The notes below the pieces were generated by a model that made no database searches, was not told where the DNA came from, and was given only the letters and a program-made list of their open reading frames with translations. From NCBI GenBank assembly GCA_032718475.1, contig JAUCBJ010004679.1:1-55573 (forward strand): DNA of 55,573 nucleotides, given 5' to 3'. The DNA comes from Nemertoderma westbladi. Lineage: Eukaryota; Animalia; Xenacoelomorpha. Below are positions 21,423 through 33,345 of this stretch, piece by piece; the first letter of the stretch is position 1; each line of letters begins with the position of its first letter. The position numbers and the translations under genes are program-made.

Positions 21423-22027
21423 TGTAAGCGGATTCAGTTCCGCTGCAACACCCTCATAAATGGGAAGTGGCACATTTTCAGTAATATGTCGAAGGTACGA
21501 GATTGGTAATAACCAATCTCGTATCACAACCAATGACCGGGGACGACACGAACCCCAAAGCCACACAAAGGGAGGTTAGAGGTCAAACCACCTCGGGAGG
21601 GAAAAATAACCAACAGGGGCCAACAGGGGGAGGGAAGCACTCCCAGAGAGGTGAGAGGCGTGAAGTAGGTTATCAGCCAATAGGAGCGGGGGAGAGCATC
21701 CACTGAACAAACGCCACAGTAGTGTAGAAATGATTACATATATATTGTCAATGCATAACATTACCGGTTCAGTTACTCAGTCGTCAGTTCAGTGCAGACC
21801 GGTGATATTCTATACCGTCGCCGTCACCAATACATATATTTACCGGTACAGCATCCATCATATATCAATGCTGCCTAACTGTAACTCTTACTGTGCTATC
21901 ACATATATATTCATTATCCGAGTATCAAGAAACATCAATTAACTCTTATTGTTTTACTGCAACGGCCTCGGCCTAGGTATCACCCAAAGGTAAACACGGT
22001 GACGCGTAATATACAAATCCGGTCACA
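21423..22027 (+). repeat. 3' LTR of A1 (605 bp)
   Basis: Starts tgtaagcgg, ends ggtcaca; colinear with the A2 LTR (agccaata, TATA-like, tcagtt, caacggcctcggcct, gggtaaacacggtga blocks). Confidence 0.85.
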
Positions 22028-22244
22028 CAAATCACCAAAAAAACATAACCAGTGTTCCCAAATGGGACATGAAAGAAAGAAAGCCCCCATGACCAATAAA
22101 ATTGTATAAAATCGGTTTGTGGTTTTCAATATTTTGAGACACTACTTCTTATTTTTGTTATTCTATAAAATATAGTGGATTAGCTGTGCTGCCAGTGTTC
22201 ACAAATGGGAACAGGTCTTTTTTGAGAAAACTAACAAGTGCAAT

Positions 22245-22476
22245 GTAGGAGTTCAGCTGAAGGATGGTTTAATGGTAACAGTGCTAGCTTATGCCGATGG
22301 TAATGTTATCCTGGCCAAGTGTGAAGAGGATCTACAGTTCCTTTAAGAGGAGTACATTTATGGTGCAAGAAGTGGCTTCTGGAAATTAATGAAACGAAAT
22401 AAAATCTAATTCATTTTCATAGTGCCAGCACTAAGCGATCAACAAGTATAATTGGAGTGGGCAATGTAGTACTTAA
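22245..22476 (+). pseudogene. Old LINE reverse transcriptase fragment that continues at 28922-28985 after the nested insertion
   Basis: Reads VTVLAYADGNVILA..LEINETK..IGVGNVVL and resumes in frame across the TTAA site as KTVDHYKYLGIYFDE. Confidence 0.75.
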
Positions 22477-24254
22477 CCCTATTAAACCCGGGGGGGGGGG
22501 GGTCAATATGACCCGCCCGTGGTTTTTTTGTTATAATTCTGAAACAAACGCAGTTGGGAATCTGAAATTTTATGACTTTTCCTAAAAATCTATTGTCTTT
22601 CTAGTAATGAAAACCGTTTTCAAAGATATTGGGTAGTTTTCAAGTTATAGCACCATTTTTTAACCCTACTTTTGGCACTTTTTTTTGAGACGTTTTTTGA
22701 AAATTACAGTTCATTACATATGATTTGTAACATCTCTATTTTTGATTTACACCGGTTTTTTGGTGTTAGCAATTGGATGGAATTCATATAAATTGATGTA
22801 GAAATCTTGTTTTTTTTCGGCGGGTGCCAAATTTTGGTGCCAGCACCAAATTTTGAAATATGTAAATTTTGTAAATTGATTGTTTGAAACTTGTTTTATA
22901 CGCAATTGGGGTTTTTTTGGGTTCTGGTTTCGATGGAATATATACCAGTTGAACCAAGCGTATCAAACTTGTATTTTTCGGTGCTGTGTGCAAATTTTGT
23001 GCTAGCACGAAATTTTGAAAATCCATTCAATAGATAAAATTGCTTGTGACAATTTATTTCTTGCGTTTTACAGTATAAGTTTATGGCTGTTTTGAATTTA
23101 ATGGAATATATAATTATCGAACTAGATTGTATTTTTCGGAAGTGGGTGCAAAATGTGGTGCTAGCACCAAATTTTGAAAACCATCAAATATATCAATAGA
23201 TTGTGTCACCTTGTTTCTTGCGTTATACGGGTTTCTGAGGGTTCTGAATTCAATGGAATCAGTAAAAATTTCATAAGAGTTTTCAAACTTGTATTTTTCG
23301 CCGAAGAGTGAAAATTGTTGTGCCAGCACCAAATTTTTGAAAATAAGCAAATTGATCAGTAGATAGTATCATCTTGTTTCTTGTGTTATACGGGTTTATG
23401 AGGGTCCTGAATCCGATGGAATCAATAAAAACATCACTGGACATCGCATTGTACTTTTTGGTGATGGGTACGAAATTTGGTGCTAACACCAAAATTTGCC
23501 AAATTACGCCGAAAAATACAAGTAGCAATGATCTGGCATATTAGAAATGTATTCCATTAGAATCAGCGCCCTAGAAAACCTATAAATGTGAATTTATAGC
23601 ATTGTATAAGCGAATAAAAAATTTTGTGTTCTAACTTTTCATTTTTTTCCTACGCAGATAGGACTAAACAGCCATTTATAGTATTCATATCATTTTTTAA
23701 ATATTTTCCAATGTACTTTGCGCCCCAGAAAACCTGTATTGAAATACAATTAGCCGAAAAATGTAACTTTAAAATTTTGTGAATATTGTGCACTACTTGT
23801 AATTTTGGTGCTGCAAAATAACCAGCCCTGTACATTTTTTCGAAATTTTTTTTTCGGTCTGATCCGGACTAGTGATACCGACGTACAAACAAAAAATCAG
23901 TCGTTTTCTTAAAAATTTGTAGATTTTAGAGGGGGGGGGGGGGGGGGGGTGTCAATATGACCCTGTGATTATTTAATATTATCAATAATAGTATATCTAA
24001 ATTAATAACCTGTGTGAGAGAAAGTGAGTAGTGAGGGAGAGAGAATAGAGGAGAGGCAGAAAGGATTGGAAAAGTTGGCATAGTTATTGTGTGATGAATT
24101 GAAAGTCGAGATTGTTTCAGATTGTTTCTTGTTTATTTATTTAGTGTAATTAATTTCATTAATATTATCATTAATATATTGTTTAAATATTAAATTGTAT
24201 ATTCATATAAATTGCTTGTGTTTTCAATTACAAGCTATCACCACAACCAATATT

Positions 24255-24996
24255 ATGTCATTAAAGTTGCAACAATTAATCCGATCATTTAATGGCAAAG
24301 GTGATTTTCAAGAGTGGAAAAAGAAATTCGACCTTGTAGCAAGATCTCAGAAATGGGAAGAGAAGCATCTTTACTTGCCGATATTTCTGGAAGATCACGC
24401 TTTTACCGTTTATGACCAGTTAGACGATGTCAACAAAGAAAACTACGAAGTTATTGAAGCGACTTTAACTAAGGCGTTTTCTGTTACACCCTATCAAGCG
24501 TATACGCAGTTTGTAAGTCGGAAATGGGGCGTTGGGGAGGCGGTTGAAGTTTATTTATCGGACCTGAAACGTTTACTTGTGTTGTCTGATCTGAAACCTA
24601 CTGACATCGAAAGGTTTCATCCCGTGTTGAAATGTCAGTTTATTTGTTTATTGTCTACCAAGTGAGGTAGGTAGTCAACTTTTGACACTTACTGCGGTTG
24701 ACGATTATACGCTATCGTTGGAAGATCTCATGACCCGTGCTAGAAATATTATAGTTGATAAGAAACCAGATGACTCCTTGTATGCCGTGGGAGCGGTAGG
24801 AGGTAAAACGATAGTAGACCATCGCCATCTAGCGGGTCAAATAACAAACCAACGACAACTTTTGTTTGTTATAACTGTCAGAAAACTGGTCATTATTCCT
24901 CGAGTTGTCCGGAGAAGAAATCGATTAGATGCTTTAGGTGCGGTGGAGGAGGGCACATCGCTAGAGATTGCCCTTCTAAATGGTCGGGAAACGTGA
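24255..24996 (+). pseudogene. gag: gag of element C with two CCHC knuckles (frameshifted)
   Basis: MSLKLQQLIRSFNGKGDFQEWKKKF..LPIFLEDHAFTVYDQL; CYNCQKTGHYSSSC and CFRCGGGGHIARDC in a shifted frame. Confidence 0.8.
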
Positions 24997-27900
24997 AAGG
25001 GGGGTTGTAGGAGTTGCCGCACAACCAACCTCCCAGTTAAAATCCCCTAGATGTGCGGTTACATTATCTATTAACAACTATGAGCAACGTTACAAGTGCA
25101 AGGTGGGTATAGATACTTATTGTTCCCATACTATTGTTTCTGCTGGTTATTTATGTAATAAACCAAGTGCAAATTACTCAAATCAGTTCAGTCAGTCATT
25201 ACAAATGTTAAATGGTAGTAAAGTAAGAGTTATCGGTAAAGTGCAATTACATGTATATGATTTACCTGGTGTTGACAATTGTGTGCTCATTGAAGCGTGG
25301 GTGGTACATGGATGTAACATTTTTGATGTTGATATACTGCTTGGAATGAATGTTATTTTAAAACTAGGTGGTTTGAATGTTGTTACAAATCCTGTTAGAA
25401 ATTGTATCACTGCTGTTAGATTTCCGAATAATGTACTTGACAATGAAGTGTGTGGAGCTGTTAACAAAGTAAATGATAGTGATGACAAGGACAAAGGCTA
25501 TGAATCAGTAGGTAAATGTAAATCGAATATATTAACATCTAATACTGCTACTGTTCAGTGTTATGACAATGGCGATGTGACTATATCTGAAAGCGATTTT
25601 GTTGTAAAGTATTCAAGTGCAAAAGGGTTTTGGGAAGTTGAGTGGTTATGGAAAAGTGGAAATATACCAGTTGGTACTGTTGGCAGTGGTATTTCAGATT
25701 ATGGTATGAAATTGTCCAATGATCACATGTCCATGTTTTCAAAGGAAATGCAATTTTGGATAATAAATTTTTGGTTGAATATAAAGAAAATGTACATGGC
25801 AATGTCAAATGTGTTCTACCTGTAATGCCTGTGGTACAGGAACATAAACTTAGTACACCAGTGAGGCCAGTATTAGATTACAAACGTCTAAATGATTTAA
25901 TTGAAAGTTATCCAGGACAGCAAATGTCAGTCTGTAGTGAGAAAATACGAAAGTGGAGGCAATGGTCTGATAATTGTTCACTACTTGACATCAAGAAAGC
26001 GTACCTGCAAATTCGTGTAGCTCCACATCTGCTGTGTTATCAGGTAGTAGCGTATCAAGATAAACTGTATGTAATGTCTAGAATGGGATTTACTATTGTT
26101 GAGTTTATATTGTTTCATGCGTACAGCTTTTCACGCAATTGTGTTGACAGTTATGTTGACGACATCGATGTCGATCAAGATATTGTTTCTTGCAATGAAG
26201 TGTCACTTGCTTTAAACACGTATGGATTGCCTACAAAGGAACCAGTCCCAATAGAAGATAGTTGTGTGTTGGGTTTACAGATTGTAAATTCAAACGGCGT
26301 TTTGAAATGGACAAGGCGGGAAAAGGGGGATTTAAAACCAAATGTTTCCCAAATGTCTCGAAGGGAGCTCCATTCTTGGTGTGGTAAATTAATAGGTATA
26401 TACCCAGTTTGTGGATGGCTTCGTGTAGTATGTAGTTGGATGAAGCTTCAATGTAGTGAAGTTGAAGGACATTGTGATTGGGATGACCCAATACCTCCTT
26501 GGGTGTTAAACTTAGTCTTGGATGTTTGGAAAATAATTCAGCACAATGATCCTGTAGGAGGCATATGGCGGGCCAAGGTAGAGGATAAATGTTGTGTATT
26601 GTTGTGGTGCGATGCAAGTGATGTTGCAAAGGCAGTTGTGCTAGAAATTAATGGAGAAGCAGTAGAGGATTGTGCCTGGTTGAGAAAGAAGCGCGAATCA
26701 AAACTTCACATCAATGTTGTAGAATTAGATGCCGTTTTAGAAGCTGTTAATTTAGCCATTAGTTGGGAGATAAAGGATATCACCATCTGTACAGATTCTA
26801 TAACAGTTTGTCGTTGGGTGCAGTCTACCTTAAAGAATATACAACGTGTACATAGAGATGGTATGTATGTAAATTTAGTTAAACGACGACTGGAGCTTAT
26901 TCTAGAACTGACAAGAGTATACAAGTTAAATGTCAATATTCAGTGGGTTACTTCAAAGACGAATAAGGCTGATGTACTTACAAGATTACCTAAAGAGTGG
27001 TTATCTCCGAAAAAGTCACATATATGTAAAGAGAGTGGACGTCAATTGATAGAAAATGTTGAAAGTTTTGGTGGCATTGTTAAGAGTAACCAGAGTGAGT
27101 ATTACTGTGGTATATCTCTGTGTCGTATAAAGGAGGAACAATTGAATGACGCAGAAATTCAAAATCTTTTCAGCAAAGCCAAAGTTTTGTCAAATTTTAA
27201 TGGCATAAAAAGTCAGATTATCTCGTTTGATGATATATTATTTAGAACAGTGAAGGTTCCCCCAGATGAAGAATTTAATGTTCCCCTGCTATGCTATCAA
27301 AAACTCTAGAATGTGAAGCAATCGCGAATGTTCACAAATCATATGGGCACCCCTGCCATGAAACGACCAGAGAATTGTTGCGTCGTAAATGTTATTTCCC
27401 GAATATGTCAAGTAAATGTCAAGAATACTTAAGGAACTGCGAGGCATGTTCATTAGCAAATCCGTTAAAGCCAGAAAGTAGTGTTGGTAACGCGCGCATG
27501 GTTATTCCTGACAGACCATGGCAGGTTATCCAGATGGATACAGTCAAAATTCCAGGGGACAGTTATTATGTTGGGTTATTGGTTTTATTTGATGTCCTGA
27601 CCAAATACGTTGAAGTAGTATAAATTAAAAGCTATTCTCATGATGACATAATCGAGGCATTGTTAGAAATATGTCGACGCTGAGGGCCTCCAGAGATTAT
27701 CCGTAGCGACAGTGGTACTGAATTGTGGAATCGTATGACAAAGGAGTTATTTAATCAATTCAATATAGTAGTGCGACGAGGAGCCGTTAGACATCCTGAA
27801 AGTCAGGGTGCGGTGGAGAGATTCCATAGAACATTCCTAACTCTTATTAGAAAAACTGTTGACTGCAATCGATCATGGAAAGCAGATATAGATTTACTAC

Positions 27901-28541
27901 TATACTATTATCGCCATCGTCCAACTACTACAACATCAGTTACACCTACTAAGGCAATGTGTGGTTGGGACTGGCAGACACCAAGAATAAATAGAGACGC
28001 ATCGATAAGTATGATAAAATATTGCAGCCGTGACCCCAAGTTAGTCGACTATCTAGATGAGTGCCTATCTCATCTAGACAAGTTGTCTCTTAAACCTCCG
28101 AGAGTATTTTCAACGGGGGATCAAGTATATTTACAGCGTGAAGCGCGTGCACCAAAATCATTGAACCTATGGGTTAAAACTTGGTCAATTGTCGACATCG
28201 TTAATGAATCAACTGTTGTCATTAGCCACAACAATGGAAAGTTTCGTGACAAGATTGTCAATATTCACATTATTAAGCATGCAGTGGAAGTAGACTCTGA
28301 TAATGTTGTAAAGCTGGAACGTAGTAACATAGGATCCAATACTGATAGATCTAAAACTCTTTCATCTCATTTAGATCATGAAGTGGTAGTTAATGAATTG
28401 ATCGCTGGTGAAGAGATTAGCTCTTCAGATAACGTTGTCGAGGAGATTGGGATTGAAAGCAGTGACGACAGTGTAGAGTTAGAAATTCCGAGAAGATCCA
28501 CCCGTGTGCGTCGTCCAGTAGATCGTTACGGTATTATATAA
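24980..28541 (+). pseudogene. pol: pol of element C (protease-RT-RNase H-integrase), disrupted
   Basis: IDTYC protease; RPVLDYKRLN..LLDIKKAYLQI..MSRMGF (following motif apparently deleted in frame)..YVDDI; WCDAS..HINVVELDAV..TDS..NKADVLTR; H..GHP..CEAC zinc domain; PWQVIQMD..SDSGTE..HPESQGAVERFHRT. Confidence 0.88.
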
Positions 28542-29006
28542 AAAATTGATTGTTGAATTCCATTTTGATAAAAAATTGCGCGAATATTTTATCAGGGGAA
28601 GGTGTGATTATTTAATATTATCAATAATAGTATATCTAAGTTAATCAGCTGTGTGAGAGAAAGTGAGTAGTGAGGGAGAGAGAATAGAGGAGAGGCAGAA
28701 AGGATTGGAAAAGTTGGCATAGTTATTGTGTGATGAATTGAAAGTCGAGATTGTTTCAGATTGTTTCTTGTTTATTTATTTAGTGTAATTAATTTCATTA
28801 ATATTATCATTAATATATTGTTTAAATATTAAATTGTATATTCATATAAATTGCTTGTGTTTTCAATTACAACCCCCCCCCCGGTATTTGTACAACATTT
28901 TATAGCCCGGTACTAATAGGGTTAAGACGGTTGACCATTACAAATATTTGGGGATTTATTTTGATGAGCTTGGACATTTTTGTAAAGCTGTTAGTAGTAG
29001 AGACAC

Positions 29007-29290
29007 ATTGGGTGTCATATGACACCCAATTGTCACCCTATGGGTGTCATTGGCGCCATACTGTCTGGGTGACACCCCCGCCCCCAATTTGGCTAATTAG
29101 ACCCTAATTGACAGGTGTCATATGAATTAATTAGTACAATTAAACCCTAATAGTTGTCTTATGACTCCTAGTTAGGGTTTAATTGATTTTCCTAATTAAT
29201 CAGAATGATTAACGCCCTGACATGCAATGGTCATCAGTGATGTCCAAGTGTCCCAAAGAGGTGCAAAGGGTGTCATAAGTGACACCTCAG
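29007..29290. repeat. Palindrome-rich MITE/foldback-like segment
   Basis: Perfect 24-bp palindrome attgggtgtcatatgacacccaat at 29007-29030, repeated gtgtcat..gacac motifs, and an aattaaaccctaa / ttagggtttaatt inverted pair. Confidence 0.5.
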
Positions 29291-29354
29291 CTATTTTATT
29301 TATTAATACTTATTTATTTGTAATTGTATTTAATTTTAATTTATTTATTTGTAT

Positions 29355-31640
29355 TGTGGTGGTCTTGAGGAGTAAAACCTCTATGGGACTGGATGGCTCG
29401 CCCCAAGCAGGACTGTCGTCTGTTACCGGTACTTATTAGTAGGCATAGTTCTCAGTCATGCAATATTGCATCTATGAATTTTGCAATACATGTTCCGCCG
29501 ATATTGAAACCGCTACACTGGTGACCCGGACACCCACAAACGGCATTTTGTGTGGTTTTCCCTTATTACCAGTACTTTCCTACAACCTACGCAGCTTCAA
29601 CAATGGCAATTGCGGACATCAACGCGGTGGCACTCAAACTTCCGACATTCTGGCCTGCCAGCCCGGCAGTTTGAATCACCCAAGCAGAAGCACAATTCCA
29701 CATCCGCCATATCACTATCTCGGGAGTCAGCAGGAATAAACCTCGCCCCACGACATCTTCCATGCCAAAAAAGAACAATGAAACAACCGAATACTACTGG
29801 TACCGGTACTAAACAATACGCAGACAATGATAATGTTTGCTTTTATCACAGTCGGTTTGGCAATAACGCCTATAGATGATGTCATTCTCCATGTAAATTT
29901 GCGGGAAACGCTCAGGCCAGCGGAAACGCTCTCAGCGTTTCTCCTGGGAATTCGTAGTGGCCGATGTATCCCAACTGCTGCTTGGGGCTGACTTCCTTCG
30001 CGCTAATGCACTCATGGTCAATATGCATGATCAACAACTAGTTGATGTGCAAACGTTTCAACCAATTCCATTGGTCCGTGCTCCAGCCAATCACCACTCC
30101 ACTACTAAAACTGCGTCAGCGGCCACCATTGGCAGAATTTACAGCGAACTACTCAAGGAGTTCCCGACCCTCACGACTCCAATATTTACTGACTCAAAAC
30201 CCCGCCATGGTGTGGAACATTATATTCCCACACAAGGACCACCAGTACATGCTCGGGCCCACTGCCTCTCACCCAGCAAACTCGAGATAGCGAAGGCAGA
30301 ATTTCGCGCTATGGAGGAGTTAGGAATTATCTGTCGCTCTAGCAGCCAGTGGGCCTCCCCAGTACACATGGCGCCTAAGCCTAATGGTGGGTGGAGGCCT
30401 TGCGGTGACTACCGGTGCCTTAACAACGCTACTACACCCGATCGTTATCCTGTCCCACATATACAGGACTTCAGTGCTAATTTAACTGGGGCTCGAATAT
30501 TATCAAAGGTCGATCTCATTAGGGGTTATCACCAAATTCCGGTAGCAACTGGATATATTCCGAAAACTGCAGTGATAACCCCATTTGGACTTTATGAGTT
30601 CCTTCGAATGCCTTTCGGGCTAAAAAATGCCGCTCAAGCATTCCAACGCCTAATGGACACTGTGTGCGCAGATCTTCCATTCATCTTCATATAGATGGAT
30701 GATATCCTAGTATTTAGCCGCTCAGAAGAAGAACATTTAAAACATCTACGCGAACTCTTCCAAAGACTCTCCAACCATGGCTTGATTATCAATCTTGCTA
30801 AGTGCCAGTTTGGTGCAACTGATATCGACTTCCTTGGACACCATATCAACCAATATGGAGTCACACCACTAACCCAGAAAGTCCACGCTGTCCAGAATTA
30901 TCCTCAGCCCACTACTGCTAAAGGGTTGCAAGAATTTCTAGGAATGATCACTTTCTTCTACCACCAATTTATTCCCTCGGCAGCCAAGATTCTCCAAACA
31001 CTCTATCAGGCCATCACTAACAAATCAAGGTCACTCACCTGGACATCATCAATGCTTTCAGCTTTCAACACTGCCAAGCAGACTTTAGCTTCTGCCACAT
31101 TATTGGTTCATCCTCAAACGGATGCGCCCACAGCCATCACAGTCGATGCCTCGGATGCAGCCGTAGGAGCTGTTCTAGAACAGCTAATTGATGGTTACTG
31201 GCAGCCTCTCGCGTTTTTCAGCAAACAACTAAGACCTCCAGAACAGAGGTATAGTGCATTTGACAGGGAACTATTGGCCCTATACTTAGGTAGTCGACAC
31301 TTTCGTTATTTTCTGGATGGGCGAGAGTTCACGGCCTTTACAGACCATAAGCCTCTAACTATGGCAATCTCCAAAGCTTCGGACCCCTGGTCTCCTTGAC
31401 AACAGTGACACCTGGCCTATGTCTCCGAATTTACAACAACAATCAAACATATATCAGGGAAAGATAACCTGGCCGCAGGCGCACTTTCACAAACAGGGGT
31501 CAATGAACTTTCTCTGTCAGTTCAGTCTGGTTTAGACTATATATCCATGGCAGCTGACCAATGTACTGACCCTGATATTCAGGCTTATCGCACTGCAATC
31601 AGCAGTTTGGTATTACAGGATGTGCCGTTTGAGCCAGCAT
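29355..31640 (+). mobile_element. Ty3/Gypsy (CsRn1-like) LTR retrotransposon, 3'-truncated and defective
   Basis: Short LTR 29355-29517 (tgtggtggt..accgctaca); PBS tggtgacccggac at 29519-29531 (tRNA-Trp type); gag LKLPTFW..QAEAQF and CFYHSRFG; RT WASPVHM..WRPCGDYR..MPFGLKNAAQAFQR with the YMDD Tyr mutated to a stop; RNase H VDAS..FDRELLA..TDHKPL; no integrase. Confidence 0.9.
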
Positions 31641-31953
31641 GGTCCTGGGCTCTGTATGGTAATACAGGATGTGCCGTTTGAGCCAGCGTGGTCCTGGGCT
31701 CTGTATGGTATTACAGGATGTGCCGTTTGAGCCAGCGTGGTCCTGGGCTCTGTATGGTATTACAGGATGTGCCGTTTGAGCCAGCGTGGTCCTGGGCTCT
31801 GTATGGTAATACAGGATGTGCCGTTTGAGCCAGCGTGGTCCTGGGCTCTGTATGGTATTACAGGATGTGCCGCCGTTTGAGCCAGCGTGGTCCTGGGCTC
31901 TGTGTGGTAATACAGGATGTGCCGTTTCAGCCAGCGTGGTCCTGGGCTCTGTA
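31608..31953. repeat. 49-bp minisatellite (7 copies) at the truncation point of the Gypsy element
   Basis: Unit tggtattacaggatgtgccgtttgagccagcgtggtcctgggctctgta; period 49 (31621 to 31670). Confidence 0.92.
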
Positions 31954-31954
31954 T

Positions 31955-32470
31955 AAAGTAATTTTCACCGACATGCAGTGAATATTTTCAGCACTTTACT
32001 TTTTCGATATTTATTGCAATTCGTTTGGTGTCTTTGCTTCTGAGAGACGAACACAGTTATAAAAAGCCAGCAAGCTGGCTATAAGAAGGCCGTCCATAGA
32101 CAAACATAGTGTACACTGTAGTTGGGTCCCTCTCCATTCATTATTATTAACCCCTATTATTATTATTATACTCCCATTCAGACCATACACTTCAGGAGGG
32201 TTCTAAAAACAACACAATTGACCAGGTAGTTTCGGAGCCTTTTGTGTGACAAACAACAGTCAGACAGACAAACAAACAAACAGACACGATTTTCTTACAG
32301 TAAGGAAATCTGAAGATTTACAAATAAAACATTTGAACGGCCCTGTGCCTAGAATTCAATCAGCTGCCCCCCCCCCCCCCCCCCTAACATAGCAGTGACG
32401 GTATTAATTGCTATTCGATTAGTGTCTTTACTTCTGAGAGACGAACACAGTAAATAAAAGGTCAAACACG
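31955..32470. mobile_element. Possible Helitron/HINE-like interspersed repeat remnant
   Basis: (agac)n(aaac)n tract at ~32260-32287; shares aaagccagcaagctggc with 478-494 (inverted) and atttgaacggccc(t/a)gtgc with 21-38; internal ~45-bp duplication at 32012 / 32407. Confidence 0.35.
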
Positions 32471-32740
32471 TAAGTTGGAAAGTTGGAAAGGGCGCCTTTA
32501 AGCAATATTGGGGAGTACGAGGTTGATTACCAATCAACCTCGTATCACCCCCAATAAATGGGGACGACAAACCCCAAAGGGCCTCACACAATGGAGGTCA
32601 TAGGTTAAGCCTCCGGGGAGAAGGAAAGTAACATCAGCGGGGGGGGGGGGGGGGGGGGGGGAAACTATCCCACAGAGTAAAAGGCGTGAAGTGGGAAATT
32701 AGCCAATAAGGAACAAGGAAGGTATCGCTAGATGAAGGCC

Positions 32741-33275
32741 TAGTACTAGGATCGGCATGCTGCATTGCAGCTGCATTTTTAAGAATGCTGTGCCGGCTTG
32801 TCAACAAAATTGCACCGCCACAATTCCCTATCACCCATGACATTTGCTAGATCATCCGCATCTTTAAGGCCAGTGTCCTTTAAGATGCGTCTCAAGAAAG
32901 TCATGGGCTGTCCACCATGCTTATTCACTCCATGAGGCTGCCAAAGTACAAGATTATGCACTGGCTGGTCCTCACGGCGAAAGCAATGTCCTGCAAAGCG
33001 GAGGCGATTTTGTTCTAGTGTCAAGCTTGGGGGAACCAATGAGACACCTCCAATGTTATATAGTGTCTGGTTGGAGATGTGTGCATTGTACTTGACACAA
33101 TGTACCCGGCGTAGCATTCTTGTGAATGTGCCATCCAGAGATTTGGTGTCCTCAGCAGTTAGAGCCCAGCATGGACTCCCGTAGAGGAGTACTGAAACTA
33201 CTGCTGCTCTAAATAATCGGACCTTAAGTTTCCGATTAATTCTCGGTGACTTCCAAATCCTGGAAAGCCTATTCA
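32741..33275 (-). mobile_element. RTE-clade LINE 3' fragment (family RTE-B) inserted in the A2 5' LTR
   Basis: 11-bp TSD agatgaaggcc (32730-32740 / 33276-33286), empty site in the 3' LTR; ORF KVRLFRAAVVSVLLYGS..RLRFAGHCFR. Confidence 0.93.
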
Positions 33276-33309
33276 AGATGAAGGCCACAGTACCATAAGG
33301 GTGTTTAGA

Positions 33310-33345
33310 TATATTATGCTATGTACCATACCGGTCAGTTAGTTT
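33310..33345 (+). promoter_or_regulatory. Putative LTR core promoter (TATA-like plus TCAGTT initiator)
   Basis: tatatta at 33310-33316 and TCAGTT at 33335-33340 at appropriate spacing; similar arrangement in the A1 LTR (~21740-21775). Confidence 0.45.

Larger units (their letters stand above)
9918..22027 (+). mobile_element. BEL/Pao LTR retrotransposon, family A copy 1 (5' LTR lost), with an extra ORF between pol and the 3' LTR
   Basis: Gag, protease, Pao-type RT, RNase H, integrase and C-terminal domain in order, then ~4.2 kb of 3' region, PPT and a TG...CA LTR homologous to the LTRs of copy A2. Confidence 0.92.
23964..28871 (+). mobile_element. Full-length but defective LTR retrotransposon of a divergent clade (element C)
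   Basis: Near-identical 269-bp LTRs at 23964-24232 and 28603-28871 (TG..CA), 4-bp TSD ACCC (23960-23963 / 28872-28875), PPT aggggaagg at 28594-28602. Confidence 0.93.
22477..28921. mobile_element. Non-autonomous piggyBac-type DNA transposon (~1.5 kb without the nested LTR element)
   Basis: TTAA TSD at 22473-22476 and 28922-28925; termini ccctattaaacccgg / ccggtactaataggg; internal repeated aatttggtgc(c/t)agcaccaaatt palindromes; removing it restores the LINE frame. Confidence 0.85.
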
